DNA of 64,000 nt from the human T2T-CHM13v2.0 reference genome, Homo sapiens: NCBI RefSeq assembly GCF_009914755.1, contig NC_060931.1. The stretch is one strand, 5' to 3'. Made by a program: the position numbers and the translations under genes. Shown one piece after another: positions 43,707-60,143 of the stretch (the first letter of the stretch is position 1; every line of letters begins with the position of its first letter). The notes under the pieces were generated by a model, which saw only the letters and a program-made list of their open reading frames with translations, made no database searches and had not been told where the DNA came from.

Positions 43707-44479
43707 TCTCTCCAGAAATTGCAGCCACAGGAAGGCCAATTCATATCCGGCTGCCAGTTAGTGGGGTCTCCTGCTTTGAAGGGAAGGGGTAGACTTTATT
43801 CTCCCTTTCTATCATTCTTAGACGATCGCTGATGGGCTCTGAGCATAAATGCGGTCTTCAGAAGGGAGCCTGAGCAGCACCCTGAGGCTGATCCCACCGC
43901 CTTGCCAGCTGGCTGCAAAGGAAAGCCAGGGAAAGCCTCATTAAGCCACACAAAGCCAGCCTAAGAAGCGACAAAGTGGACTGCAGCTGCCTCGCCTGTC
44001 TGCTGCAGCTGATTGCCTGTGATCTCCATCATCCTGCAGCAGGCATGCCTGCTGACACAGCCTGTTGTGTCGGAGACCTGATTACTGCAAATCCCATTTC
44101 CACCTCGCAGATTCCTCGGAAATTGCAGACGTGTCTGTCTGTGGCCAGCCTGCCTGGAAAGGTCACTGCAGCAGTGAGTGTGCCTCACTGCCATTTCTCT
44201 CATTCACACACATACAAACTGTAAATACCAAGGTCAAAAACAGTCACAGTCCTTTAAAGTGATGCTGCTGAAGGCTGGGCCCCATGCAGAGGCCGAGGAG
44301 GCTTCCTTCTCACACAGCAGTGCCTGGCACGTATCCCCAGAGATTCTAACAAAATTGATCTAGTGAGAGTCCCTGTATTGTATGGTGTGGGCTGTATTTT
44401 TCAAAGATCCCTAGTTGTGAAAATGTGTAGTATAGTTGAGAAAATATGTAGTATGGTTGAGAAATGCTACCAAGAGAAG

Positions 44480-44640
44480 TGGGGCTAATATTAGTTGAAC
44501 ACCTGCTATGTATCATATAAATTAATACAAATTTTCTCATTTCATCTGTAAAGCAATTATTAACAAGATATCCCCTTTTGTGAGAAGTAAGAAAAATACA
44601 GGTTAGAGAAGTTGACCGAAATTTGCTCATCACAAATTGG
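44480..44640 (-). mobile_element. MIR
   Basis: tatccccttttgtgagaagtaagaaaaatacaggttagagaagttgac. Confidence 0.55.
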
Positions 44641-44714
44641 GTGATGTGTGATGAGCTAAAATGGACATTACGATGGCTAAAATTACAATGACTAAAATTT
44701 AAAAAGACTGGCGA

Positions 44715-44927
44715 GGACGGGCATGGTGGCTCACGCCTGTAATCCCAGCACTTTGGGAGGCTGAAGTGGACAGATCATGAGGTAGGGAGTTTGAGATGAG
44801 CCCATCTCAAACCCCATCTCTACTAAAAATGCAAAAAATTAGCCGGGCATGGTGGTTCATGCCTATAATCCTAGCTACTGGGGAGGCCGAGGCAGGAGAA
44901 TTGCTTGAACCCAGGAGGCAGAGGTTG
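44715..44927 (+). mobile_element. Alu, 3'-truncated
   Basis: Ends at gaggcagaggttg with no tail. Confidence 0.93.
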
Positions 44928-45502
44928 CTGGCAATACCCAATACCAAATATTGGTGAGGAAGGAAAGCAACTGGAACTTTCAGTCTTGCTGATGGGCTTG
45001 CAAAATGGTACAGTCATTCTGGAAAACATTTGGCCATTTCTTAGAGAGTTAAACATACAGTTATTATATGAACCAGACTTCCATTTCTGGGTATGGACCC
45101 AAAAGAAATGAAAACATAAGTATAAACAAAGACTGTACTTGAACATTCACAGCAGTTTTATAGCATGAAACCAACCCAAATATTCATTAACAAGTGAATG
45201 AATGAACCAATTGTGCTGTATGCATCCGGTAGAATGTGATTCAGGAACAAAAAAGAACAGAGTACTGGTGCATGCACAACGTGGGTGAATTTTAAAAACA
45301 TACGTCGAGTGAAAAAACAAAGCCAGAAACAAAAAAAAAGCGAGTTTATTTACATCAAGTTCAAGAAGAGGCAGATTTGTCTATGGTGATAGAAAGAAGG
45401 TCAGGGGTTGGGTATCGAGGCGTGGGGTGATTGAGGAGGGTCACAAATTGTGGTGGTTACAAATGTTATCTATTTTTCAAAACTCATCAAACTGTATTCT
45501 TT

Positions 45503-45795
45503 TTATTCATTTATTTGAGACAAGGTCTTGCTCTGTTACCTAGGTTGGAGTGTAGTGGCACGATCATAGCTCACTGCAACCTGCAACTCCTGGGATCAGC
45601 AATCCTCTCGCCTCAGCCTCCTGAGTAGCTGGGACTACAGGCAAGCACCACCATGCCTAGCTGATTTTTTATTTTTTGTAGAGATGGATTCTCACTATGT
45701 GGACCAGGTTGGTTTTGAACTCCTGGCCTCAAGAAATCCCCTGTCTTGGCCTCCGAAAATGTTGGGATTACAGGCATGAGCCACTGCACCTGGCC
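45503..45795 (-). mobile_element. Alu (AluJ)
   Basis: TSD aaactgtattctt. Confidence 0.96.
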
Positions 45796-45877
45796 AAAAC
45801 TGTATTCTTAAGATAGGTGTATTTATTGTTTGTAAAGTGTATCTCAATAAAGTTGATTTAAAAAATAATGAGGTTTT

Positions 45878-46307
<430 letters not shown>

Positions 46308-46632
46308 TCATCAGGAGCAAACAGAAGCTGAGCTCTGGAGCAAAGGGAGAAGGGCTGCAGGTGGCCAAGGGAAACTTAGGGAAAATACCTCTGACTTCTC
46401 AATTCAAATGAGCACTCTGAAATAGTCCCCTCATCCTTGTGGCTTCTAACATCCTTTTCTTCTTGCAAGAAAGAATAAAATAGTTTCCTTCCTGGAAGTT
46501 GAACTTGTTTTGCTTTGTTTTTCCCAAACTTTAGGGTAGTATAACTGACAATAAACATTGTATATATTTAAGGTATACAATGTGACACTTTGATATACCT
46601 TACATGCAAAATGATCACCACAAGCTAATTAA

Positions 46633-47037
<405 letters not shown>

Positions 47038-47421
47038 AATATTACCATTTTTAACTACAGTCATTATGCTGTGAATTAGACCTTCAGAGTTCATCATCAC
47101 ACATAACCAAAACATTGTACCCTTTGACCAACACCTTTTAATTTTCCCCTTCCCCCATCCCTTGGCAACCACCATTCTACTCCCTGTTTCTATGAGGTCA
47201 ACTTTTTTAGATTACACATGTAAGTGAGATGATGTTGTACCAGCCTTTTGGTGTCTGGCTTATTTCACTTGGTATAATGTTCTCCAGATTTGTTCATATT
47301 GTCACAAATGGCAGGATTTCCTTCTTTTTAAAGGATGAATAATATTCCACTGTGTAGTTATATATATAACGTAAGTGCCTGTCGATGAACAAATGGGTAA
47401 AGAATACGTGGTGATGGTGTG

Positions 47422-47429
<8 letters not shown>

Positions 47430-47472
<43 letters not shown>
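47430..47472. repeat. (TG)n microsatellite
   Basis: Read directly. Confidence 0.95.
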
Positions 47473-47476
<4 letters not shown>

Positions 47477-47734
47477 CCATTCATCCACCGATGAGCACTT
47501 AGGTTGATTTCATATCTTGGATATAATTTAGCAATCCCACTTCTGGATATATGTGTCCAAAAGAAACATAATCAATATCTCAAAGAGGTATCTGTACACC
47601 CACGTTCATTGCAGCATTATTTACGATAGATACTAAGATATGGAAGGTGACATAGTTTTTATCAGAGGAGGTAGAACATTTTTCAAATTAAATTCACCTG
47701 GGAAGCTTGTTAAAAATATCAAATCCTTTTTAAA

Positions 47735-48160
47735 AGTTTTGAGGATCTTCTGTATTGTTTTTCATAATGGCTGTATGAATGTACTGTCTCACCAATAGTT
47801 TAAATGTGTTCTCTTTTCTCCACATCCTCGCCAATACTTGCTATATTTTGTCTTTTTGAGAACAGCCATTCTTAACCGGTGTGAGGTGATAGCTCCTTGT
47901 GGTGTTGATTTGCGTTTTTCCCTGATGATTAGTGAAGTTAAGAACATCTTTTTATATGTCTGTCGGCCAGATCCAGCAATTCCACTTCCGGGTGTTTATC
48001 CAAAGGAAAAGAAGTCAGTATCTAGGAGAGATCATGTTCACGGCAGCATCATTAACAATAGCCATGAAACAGAAACAGCCAAAATGCCTGTTGATGGGTG
48101 CACGGATAAAGAAAATGTGGCAGATAGATAGATAGATGATAGATAGATAGATAGATAGAT

Positions 48161-48200
<40 letters not shown>

Positions 48201-48720
48201 TTATTCAATTTTAGAAAAGAAGAAAAGTCTGCTCTTTTTGACAACATAGACACGCCTGGAGGACATTATGTTAAGTGAAATAAGCCAGCCACAAAAAGAC
48301 TAATACCACACGATCTTGCTTATGTGCAGAATCTAACAAAGCTGAACTCACAGAAACAGTGAGTAGAATGCTGGTTGCCAGGAGCTGGAGGGAGGGACAG
48401 TGGGGAGATGTTGGTCAAAGGATACAAAGTTTCCAGTTATAGGGAATGAATAAATTCTGGAGATCTAATGCACAGTATAAAGATACATACAGTGGAATGT
48501 ATACTTGAAATTTGCTAAAAAGATGGATCTTCAGTTTCCTCACCAAAAAAAAAAAAGAGAAGAAAAAAAGAAAAGAAAGAAAGGTGAGGTGATGGATATG
48601 TTAATTAGCTTGTGTGGATCATTTTGCAGTGTACACATATACCAAATTGTCACATTGTACATCTTGAATGCATACAATGTTTATTTGTCAATTATACCTC
48701 AACAAAGGTGGGAAAAAATA
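47735..48720 (+). mobile_element. L1MA-like 3' end with an inverted 5' segment (47735-47969)
   Basis: Minus piece ccacatcctcgccaatacttg...; plus piece gatccagcaattccact...tgtcaattatacctcaacaaag. Confidence 0.9.
48123..48200. repeat. [GATA]3 GAT [GATA]5 GAT [GATA]10 STR
   Basis: Counted from the sequence. Confidence 0.95.
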
Positions 48721-49516
48721 TATTAAGTCCCTGACCTCATTATCCATCAACCAAAGAGGTCCACAGAAATGATACAGGAATCTACATTTGTAAAACGTTT
48801 CCAAGAGATTTTGATAGGTTGGGGGCACTCCAATGCTACAGTTCTTCCTACCTCAGCTGCTGTTCACACAGAGATACATGGCTTCGAAGTCGTTCTCAGT
48901 TTCCTCATCAACTGCAGTTACTTTTGAGCCTGGAGTGTTTTCCATGGCCCACTTCAAAACAGGTCCTGGAAATGAGCTATCCCTCAAGTCTCTCTTTGAG
49001 CTCTCCCTGAGTCTCAGTGTATGAAAAACAGCCTCTGTGGCCAAAGGCTGAAGATCAAGATTCAGGGAACAGCCTATTTCCAGACAGAAGCACTTTTTCC
49101 CCAAGGGAAACTGCCAGGGATAATCTCTACTATGCTTTCCTTCTTAAAAAATAAAATAAAAATTACAAGCAGATTATACCAAGCAAAGTACCCTGAAATA
49201 TGAAATGTAGTTTATTAGACATAAATGAAAGAAAGTGTGTTTTTAGCGCTTTCATCCATTTCTAGGAGAATCAGGTTAGTGTGTGTGAAATTACAGATGT
49301 GGAGGACTGCTATTGAAGCCCCAGTTTCAGGTTCAGGAAGTCATTTTTGGGGGAGCGCCTCATAACAATTTCTTGATTGTGCAGGGCTGTATTTTCCTCA
49401 AGGTTTTCTTCATGCAAAGCCACAGAGGGCACAAAGGAGAAGCAAGGGGAAGGAGTGGGAATATCTGAGCTCTAGGGTCCACTGACTTGACCCGCTTGTG
49501 ACCTGGTACTTACTGA

Positions 49517-49947
49517 TGTTAAAGCAAACTAAATATGGCCTAAGAAGGACTCCGTACTTCTATGTTTAAGTCCCTGTGGATGAAGTGCAACCTAACTTAA
49601 TAGGTAGACAAGATTGAAAACCTAACTTAGGAGTATGAACTTGTAACAATCGCTGAGTGTTGGCCAATCCCAGCCGCCGTACTTCAACCATTCATACACT
49701 GCTGAGTGTTCAAACTGTGTTAAATAAGGCAAATGCCAGCCTGTAACCAATCCAGCTGTTTCTGTACCTCACTTCCGATTCCTGTACATCACTTTACTTT
49801 TTTGTCTGTAAATTTGTTCTAACCACAAGGCACCCCTGGAGTCTCTCTTGAGTCTGCTGTGATTCTGGGGGTTGCCTGACTGGTGAATACTTCATAGCTC
49901 CATTATGCTGCTTTAAATTTCATATGGCTGATGTTTTTCTTTTAACA
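49517..49947 (+). mobile_element. MER57-family ERV1 solo LTR
   Basis: tgttaaagcaaactaaatatggcct...gtaaccaatccagctgtttctgtacctcacttcc...ttttaaca. Confidence 0.88.
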
Positions 49948-50124
49948 GTAATAAACTTACAAACTATACTTAGAGCCTACATCCCTAAGATAGCCTCACA
50001 AGCAAAACCACTCAGGTGGCTGGCTCCAAAGGTCTAGCAGAAGGAGAGAAACCCAAACTAAATGGATCTAACCTCTAACAAGACCATTTTCCAAGGAAAT
50101 ATGATTCATATATATTCTGATATG

Positions 50125-50602
50125 TATCTCCACTGCTTTTAGGATGAAGAAAAGCGCCTTTATACGGCTCGTCTGAGCAGGCCTCTCCTCTCTAGCCTCA
50201 TCTCGTAGTTTAATTCTTCTCTCTCTTTTTCTCTGGCAAATGAGCCTTTCAGCCCCTCCTGCCAGAGTACCTTTGCTCAATCTGTTCCAGGCTCCTGACA
50301 CTTTCTTCTTTACCTAATTAGTGTCTACTCATCCTTTCAGACAGCAATTCAAGTATCCCTTCTTGCACGATCCTTCCCCTTATCTTTCTATGTCCAAACC
50401 TCATTAAAATGGTTCACAAGTTATGTAATTTTTTAAAACGCAATGAACATAATTGTGATCTTACTGTTGTTTGTGCGGCTATTGGATGAAGCTTTGTGAT
50501 GGCAGAAACTTCAGTCATTTCTTCTTCACCACTAGAACCCCAGCATCTAGTACCTCACCTGGCACATATATGCACACACACACAAAAAAAAAATGAATGA
50601 AG
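50125..50602 (+). mobile_element. L2 3' region
   Basis: tctactcatcctttcag...ccccagcatctagtacctcacctggcacata...aatgaatgaa. Confidence 0.75.
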
Positions 50603-50609
50603 GATCATC

Positions 50610-50740
50610 AGTGCAAATTCCTCCTCTTGCAGATGAGGAAACAGGAGCCCAGTTAGAGGAAGTTACCTGCCTTGGAGAACCCACCACAAATTAGTGATTG
50701 GCCTGAGACCGAGACTAAAGCTCTTACAGCTTTGAGCCTT
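50610..50740 (-). mobile_element. MIR
   Basis: ttgcagatgaggaaacaggagcccag. Confidence 0.7.
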
Positions 50741-50745
50741 CATTT

Positions 50746-50785
50746 CTTTCTCGACACCACCATTCCTTTCTCGACACCACCATTC
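50746..50785. repeat. Exact 20-bp tandem duplication
   Basis: ctttctcgacaccaccattc x2. Confidence 0.95.
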
Positions 50786-51424
50786 CTGTACATGAAATGA
50801 TGATTCAGCTGATTTTTTAAATGATGAAAGGAAGCCAAAGAAAAATCAGAGTTGTTTTTTTTTTTTTCCTTCACAAAATGGACCATTTTTGGCGATGCTC
50901 AAAGGGAAAGGACAGTGCACAAAAGAAATCATAAAAAGAAGTAAGGGTATAATAAGCAAAGTGCTTGATATGAATAATACTGAACAAAAACATTTCTGCT
51001 TATTGTTTATCTAATTTTGAATTTTAATGAATAGCAGGGAAGGTAATTACTCAATTCCAATGTTTATATAAAACTAACACATGAAACCTCACAGTTCGAT
51101 ATTTATGAAGTGTCAGGTTCCCTTAAATACTCAGCTTTGAAATTAGAAGGGGGAGCTATTCATTAACATTCTAAACTAGATAAATAAAGAATAGACTTGT
51201 TGTTTATTCATTAAAAAAATTAAAACTGGAAATTACACACTCATCTTTTGGGTGCCTCCATATTATTTAATTAGCCGTGAGTCAAAATGCTACCAAGAAG
51301 CAAACATCTACTCACCTAGAAAGAGACGTAACACCTATTAGCAGTTGGAATGATTTAACCAGGTTAGCAATTCAGATTCCTCTTCCATTTGTATTAAGGA
51401 TCTTCATGAGATGCCTGAGGATTT

Positions 51425-51965
<541 letters not shown>

Positions 51966-53188
51966 CTATATGGAATAAGCATTTGGCTTTCTCCAAGTGG
52001 TGTTCCTGGAGCTACTGAGAAGGTCGGGGTGTTGAGAGTGATCACCCAAAAGCTTGCGGCATTTGAGGATACTAGGAAGCTCTCTACCTGAGGGGTCAGG
52101 ACCAGGCTTTGCAGCAAAACACTCTAAGCACTAGGCGGGAACCACACCAGCTTCACTCATCACTATATTCCTACGGCCTAATACCAAGCACATAGTAGGT
52201 ACTCATTGGTTCTGTGAATGAACAGCTGTATAACTTTCATTGCAACATTAGCACCTTTAAATACTTCCTCTGATGCCCAGGCTATCTCTCTTTGGCACAG
52301 GTCACTTATGTTTCCCAGCTTGTTCCACTTCCCCAAGTCACTGGCATGCAAAAGGAAGACATCCCAGGGACCTTGTCTACTTGGACCTTTCCCTGACAGC
52401 GCCACGCTCCCGGGTTCTGGGAGAGGGCTCTGGAAGCTTCTGTCTGGTTTTCTGGACTTCACCTCATCGCTGATTCTGTTTTCTATCCTTTCACTGTAAT
52501 AAACTATACCCCACCTTGATCCAACTTCTTTTTTCTGATTTTCAGATGGGTTCGAGAGCTGACTGTCAAACAACATACACACTGCTGTTGGTCTGCTCTT
52601 TTCAGGAAGGGCAGTCCTCTTGCATATCTGCACATCTTGCATCTTTGTACATCTCTGCATTTCTTGCATCTCTGCACAGCGTCTGGGCCCTGGAAGGTCA
52701 ATGTTCACCATGCCCACGTCCAGGTTTGGGATGGAGTTGCTTCAACACCCTGCCCTGCTTGTCTTCTCTCCTTTTCCTTGCTTTTCCTCTGAATTCATTG
52801 CCCTGCAACTCTGCTAGTTTCCCTAGATACCTCCTTCTCTGTGGAAGCTTTAGACCTCTCCCCTCCCTCCCATGTTGCGGTGCCCATTGGCTTTGCAGAA
52901 GTGGGAAGGGAGCAAGGGCAGATAGTCACCCTCCTAAAAGGTGACCTGCCATTCCCCTAGACCTTTGACAGAATCTACTGTTTCCTACTTGGTGAACTAA
53001 GTAGGACTGATAAATCACATGCTTCTAGGCCCTAACAGCCCCCACCCTTCCCCTGCTAATCATAGAGTCTCAATCTATTGAGGGGGGAGAGAGTAGCGAT
53101 GTCTCAGTCCTGTTCAGGACACCAAGCAACAATTTGTGGAAAGGGGCAATTGTGGGGGCTTCCTACTAAGCATGTATTTTTATTCTGA

Positions 53189-53549
<361 letters not shown>

Positions 53550-53857
53550 CTTTTTTTTTTTTTTTTTTTGATACAGACAGGGTCTCACTCTGTCTCCCAA
53601 GCTAGACTGCAGTGGCATAATCATTGCTCACTGCAGCCTCAGCCTCCTAGGCTGAAGTATACTCCCACCTCAGTCTCCCAAGTAGCTGGGACCACAGGCA
53701 CAAGTCACCATATCTGGCCAGTTTTTAAAAAATTTTTTGTAGAGACAGGGTCTCACTATGTTGCCCAGGCTGATCTTGAACTCCTAGCCTCAAGCGATCC
53801 TCCTGCCTTGGCCTCCCAAAGCTCTATGATTACAGGTGTGAGCTACCTCCCTTGGCC
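53550..53857 (-). mobile_element. Alu (AluJ)
   Basis: gacagggtctcactctg...ctcaagcgatcctcc. Confidence 0.95.
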
Positions 53858-54873
53858 TTCTTAGGGATAGTAAATGGTTGGTCTGCAGATGTGCCTTTCA
53901 TGTGCAAACCCACCAATCCACAGCTTATACTCAACCACCTCCTCTATATGGCTCTTACCACTCCAGGCCAATACTTCCCTATCTTAATTACCACACGGCC
54001 AGGTGCCAGCCCCTACACCCCAGAGCCTGTTGAAATTATTCTAACTAGCCAATCCTAAGCCTGCCTACCCTGCTTCACCCATTGCTTCCTGCAGAAACCA
54101 CAATAAAGGCTTTTGCCCACATTTTTCCCTCGCTGCCTCTGTCGCATGGCCAACCCTACTGTTTCCCTGCATTGTCCAGGGTGGCATGTCCCTCCCCTGG
54201 GGAACTGTGAGTAACAACCTAGCTTTACCATGACAGTCGTCTCCTTATCTGTTGACCCCACCATCCCTGAGTAATAATGAAACCTACATTTTAGAATAGC
54301 TACTCCCATTGTCTTTGTCTTCTGGTCCGAGCCCCAGGAAAATCTATTCTGACCTTCTTGGGAAGGGTGAACTCTCAGAAACTGATAATGTGGGCTGAAT
54401 AGTGAGCTGGAGTGTAAGATATATTGCAAGGAAACAGAGTGAACGCTTTTTGGGTGGATGTGGGGGGTTCATGTGGGATGGGGTCCCTCATGTGGGGGGC
54501 TCCAGCTCACATGATTAAGGAACAACAATCTCCCTCCATAGCAATATGATAAAGCAACACCATGACTAGCTTAAGAGTGTTATGAGATAAATATTGTGGG
54601 ATGTTCAATGGCACCAAGATCACCCCACATGGGCAACTTCATGGTGGAGTCAGGGTGTGGTTACAGCAACTGCAAGCTGAGGCCCCCTCGAGTACCCACC
54701 TTGGTACTGCACCAAAGCTGCAGAATGCCAATAGTGGCCACAGAGGATAGGGAATCGTTGGGACTTTGTTGGGGTAATATCAGTGAGGAATGGATGTCTC
54801 CTCCAAAGTATTTTGTTCTCATTGGATTCACTTCCAAGAGACTATTGTGATGGTCATTCATATCTCTCTCTCT

Positions 54874-55182
<309 letters not shown>

Positions 55183-55598
55183 TGATTGTCTTTTAAATTG
55201 GTGGTGTGAATGCTGAAGGATGTATTTAAGACTATTAGAACTTAAAGACAGCTCAGATGGACCTCATGTATACTCTAAATAATTTAAACCTTCCCTTCAC
55301 TTACTACCTCTCTTCAACTTCCATATGCAAACTAATCAGTCCTGTTTTCTGGGTGAAAAAACTCAGACCCAGAATGCATATATGATGAGATTAGAACCAA
55401 GGTTTCCCAAGACCTAGTTGAGTGTTTTTGGTTGATCGCCTGCTTATTTGTAACAAAGGTGCTATTATAGCTGAATTGTGTCCTCCCAAAATTTATATGT
55501 TGAAGTCCTAACCCCAATACCTCAGAATATGATGGTATATGGAGATAGGGACTTTAAAGTTAATTATGTTAAAGTGAGGTCTTTAGGGTGGGCCCTCA

Positions 55599-55936
<338 letters not shown>

Positions 55937-55952
55937 CAAGAAATCTGGACAC

Positions 55953-56010
55953 AGACACAGAGGGAAGACAATATAAAGACACAGAGGGAAGGCAATATAA
56001 AGACACAGAG
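55953..56010. repeat. 24-bp tandem repeat (2.4 copies) inside MLT1B
   Basis: agacacagagggaag(a/g)caatataa. Confidence 0.9.
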
Positions 56011-56864
56011 AAAAGATGATCATCTACATGTCAAGTAGAGCGGCCTCAGAAGAAATGAAGAGATCAACGCTGTTGACATCTTGATCTCAGACTTCTAGCC
56101 CCCGGAATTGTGAGAAAATTAATTTCTATTAGGTAAGCCCGTCAGTTCATGGTACTTTGTTACAGAAACCCAAGCTAATGAACACAGATGCTATTCTCTC
56201 TCACCAAGGCTTGTTTTGAGAAAGGGAAGAAAGGTCTCTATAGCACAGTAGAAGGCATTTTCTTTTCTTTTTTTTTTTAAATCCAGACTGCCAATAAACA
56301 TGCTTATAGCCTCAAATTAGATGTAGGTAGCAGTGGCAAGTGAAGTCAACACATCAAAGCATGGGAATGAATAGTGCATGTTTGAATTCTAGCCCACAGA
56401 AACTCTTATCTCTCCCAATACCCACATCCCTTGCCCAAAATACTACCACCATCAAAGGTGTTTTTGAAATACAGAAACCCTGAATTATCCAAAAATCCAA
56501 AACTTTAATCGACGCTGTCATGCTGTGGCTCTGTTGGCTGATCAGGTGGTTAAAAGGGTTCGCCAAAGCTTTTTAGGTACATGCAAATAAGGCTATCAGA
56601 CTTGCAGAAACTGTAAGGTTCTTTCAAATGCAATATCAGGATGAAAGAAGGCTTATACCCTCACCCTTTCGGATGATTGCAAAGCTGTTGTGGAGCAAAA
56701 CTCTGTGCGTGAGTCTGATTGGTTCTGTGGCATCCTCAAGCAAGGTTAAAGCCAGATGCTTTGGGATATACTTAGAAGTAAAGAATAATAGCTGGATTTC
56801 AAATCCAAGATGGTGACTCCTTCCTGGCTAGAAAATATGGACAGAGAGGAGTCCTGGCAAGCTG

Positions 56865-57030
56865 CCTGGCTTAGCAAGAACACAGAACTTGAAACCAGGA
56901 AATCTGGACTCCATGAATAAATCATTCATTCTCCCTAAACATCTGTTTCCCAATCTAAAAATATTAGCATCCACTCCATACTTACCACTCACACTGCTGA
57001 GAGGTTCAAATGGGAAGATCATTGTGGAAA
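56865..57030 (+). mobile_element. MIR
   Basis: tctgtttcccaatctaaaaat...ctgctgagaggttcaaatggg. Confidence 0.55.
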
Positions 57031-57270
57031 CACGTGGAGAATTCTAAGCGTCAGGCTGAGCTGGGGACATCTTACTCTTTAAACAGACATCACGCCTTCA
57101 ACTGCAGGATAATCGCACTGAAGCATTTACAGTCATGCAGAGAAATTACCGACACTATCTTCCTGCGCTATTTTAGCTTTAACTTTTTATTTAAAGATAG
57201 TTGTAGACTTAGAGGACAGTTCAAGGATAGCCTTCATGCAGTGTCTTTCATTGTTAACTTTCTGCATAAG

Positions 57271-58201
57271 CGTTACAGGAAAGGGGCCCCGATCTAGACC
57301 CCAAGAGAGGGTTCTTTTATTATTATTATTATTAGACTTTAAGTTCTGGGGTACATGTGTGGAACGTTCAGGTTTGTTACATAGATATACAGGTGCCATG
57401 GTGGTTTGCTGCACCCATCAACCCGTCATCTACATTAGGTATTTCTCCCAATGCTATCCCTCCCCTAGCCCTCCAACCCCTGACAGGCCCCAGTGTGTGA
57501 TATTCGCCTCCCTGCATCCATATGTTCTCATTGTTCACCTCCCACTTATGTGTGGTGTTTGATTTTCTGTTATTGTGTTAGTTTGCTGAGAATGATGGCT
57601 TCCAGCTTCATCCATGTCCCTGCAAAGGACACGCACTCATCCTTTTTTATGGCTGCATAGTATTCCGTTGTGTATATGTGCCACATTGTTCTTGGATCTC
57701 ATGTGAGAAAAGAATTCAGGGCAAGTCCACAGAGTAAAGTGAAAGCAAGTTTATTAAGAAAGTAAAGGAATATAAGAATGGCTACTCCATAGACAGAGCA
57801 GCCCCAAGGGCTGCTGGTTGCCCATTTTTATGGTTATTTTTTGATGATATGTTAAACAAAGGATGGATTATTCATGCTTCCCCTTTTTAGATCATCTGGG
57901 TAACTTCCTGACGTTGCCATGGCATTTGTAAACTATCATGGTGCTGGTGGGAGTGTAGCTGTGAGGACAACCAGAGGTCACTCTTGTCACCATCTTGGTT
58001 TTGGTGTGTTTTAGCCAGCTTTGTTACTGTAAACTGTTTTATCAGCAAGGTCTTTATGACCTGTATCTTCTGCAGACCTCCTATCTCATCCTGTGACTTA
58101 GAATGCCTCAACAGTCTGGGAACGCAGCTCGGTAGGTCCCAGCCTCATTTTACCCAGCTCCTATTCAAGATGGAGTTGCTCTGGGTCATAGGCCTCTGGC
58201 A
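57271..58201 (-). mobile_element. MER41A-like ERV1 solo LTR split by an L1PA
   Basis: gttacaggaaaggggccccgatctagaccccaagagagggttctt...ttcaagatggagttgctctgg; about 555 bp net; TSD taag/taac. Confidence 0.9.
57317..57687 (-). mobile_element. L1PA (PA6-8-like) 3' end
   Basis: ctttaagttctggggtacatgtg...ggtttgctgcacccatcaacccgtcatc; TSD gttctt. Confidence 0.93.
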
Positions 58202-58564
58202 TAACCATAGTAAAATTGTCAAAATGAAGAAATTAACATTAGGTACAATACTACTCACTAAACTACTGACTTTATTCATAGTTCCCTAGTTTTTGCATTA
58301 ATTTTTTTCTCTCCTCCAGAATTCACACTACATTTACTTGTTATGTCTCCTTCATCTCCTTCAACTTGTGACAAGCATCTACTTGCCTTTCATGACTTGG
58401 ACACTCAGTTATTTTGTAGACAGTTCCTCAATATAGATTTGTCTGATATATTCTTATGATTAGATTGAGGTTGTCCATTATCAGGGAAAAATATCTGTAA
58501 GGTGACGTGCTTTTCTCAGTGCATGATATCTTGGAGTATCTGATGTTACTACCTTTTATAGTAA

Positions 58565-58876
58565 TAAGGCATTTGCAGTGACCTGGATGAGATTGGGACT
58601 ATTATTCTAAGTGAAGTAACTCAGGAATGGAAAACCAAACATCCTATGTTCTCACTGATATGTGGGAGCTAAGCTATGAAGATGCAAAGGCATAAGAATG
58701 ATACAATAGACTTTGGGGACTTGGGGGGAAGAGTAAGAAGGGGGTGAGGGATGAAAGACTACAAATATGATGCAGTGTATACTGCTCGGGTGATGGGCAC
58801 ACCAAAATCTTGCAAATCACCGCTAAAGAACTTACTCTTGTAACCAAATACCACCTGTACTCCAATAACTTATGGA
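58565..58876 (+). mobile_element. L1PB-like 3' end
   Basis: gcatttgcagtgacctggatgagattgg...gtaaccaaataccacctgtac. Confidence 0.9.
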
Positions 58877-58935
58877 GGAAGGAAGGAAGGAAGGAAGGAA
58901 GGAAGGAAGGAAGGAAGGAAGGAAGGGAGAGAGAG

Positions 58936-59012
<77 letters not shown>

Positions 59013-59060
59013 AAGGAAGGAAGGAAGGGAAAGGAAAGGAAAGAAAAGGAAGGGACGGAA
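58877..59060. repeat. (GGAA)12 ... (GAAA)n compound microsatellite (L1 tail)
   Basis: Counted from the sequence. Confidence 0.95.
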
Positions 59061-59562
59061 ACAATCACATGCTTTATGTAGTACCTGCAGGTTTTCTCTA
59101 CCGTAAAGTTACTATTTTTTCCTTTTAAATTCATAATATTTAGTTTTGGAGAGACACTTTCAGATTATGCAAAATATGTTTCTCCTTAAACTTTTGCCTA
59201 CTGATTTTAGCCTCCTTTAGTGAATCTTGCCTGCAGCAATTATTACTGTGGTGTTCTAAGTGATTTTCTATTTCCCTTGTTCTATTTCCTTCTACATTTA
59301 TGGCTTGGAATTCTTTTGCAGTGAAGAGTTGTCTCTTGTTCCCTCATTTATTCATTCCATTATGTACGTATGTCAGTGTGAACTCATGGATATTTATTTT
59401 GTAGTTTGGATTTTTATCTAATGCCAGTTCTGGACACTGGGAGCTCCTTCAGCATTGGTTCTCATGCCCTTTCAACATACCCCAGTTTTGTTTGTTGTTG
59501 TTGTTGTGTATTCTTGATTGGTTACTTGGTTTTGTTTTGTATCATTTTTAGCTCTTCCTGGT

Positions 59563-59921
<359 letters not shown>

Positions 59922-60143
59922 TAGCTCTCCCATCAGTCACTTCCCCCATATGCTCTACATTGGATCAAGAAACACTCAGACATTAAAAAGAAAAATCATT
60001 GGAGAGAGAAAATAAAGCAATTTATGCTGTGAAAGAAAAAATACTAGTTTAATTTATTTTCTGGGTTGCTAGCTTCCCTGACCATCACCACTTCCTCCCA
60101 TACAGAAAGGGCCACATAGTCTCATTAAGAAGTTGTTACTGGG

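Larger units (their letters stand above)
44660..45866 (+). mobile_element. L1MC/MD/ME 3' part split by two Alus
   Basis: gcaactggaactttca...aaaatggtacagtcattctggaaaac...tatctcaataaagttg. Confidence 0.85.
47670..48830. mobile_element. MER5-like fragment split by an L1
   Basis: aattcacctgggaagcttgttaaaaata [L1] ...caggaatctacattt...ccaagagattttgat. Confidence 0.55.

Noticed and set aside
43860-44260. Repeat-free stretches that look like conserved enhancers (also ~3660-3850, 20640-21100, 40200-40450, 50850-51400)
   Set aside because: Only scattered short motifs are visible; this cannot be supported without conservation or chromatin data.
52178-52944. 179-aa and 142-aa ORFs over a short tgcatct-like repeat
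   Set aside because: No recognisable domain; they overlap an L2 end and low-complexity sequence.
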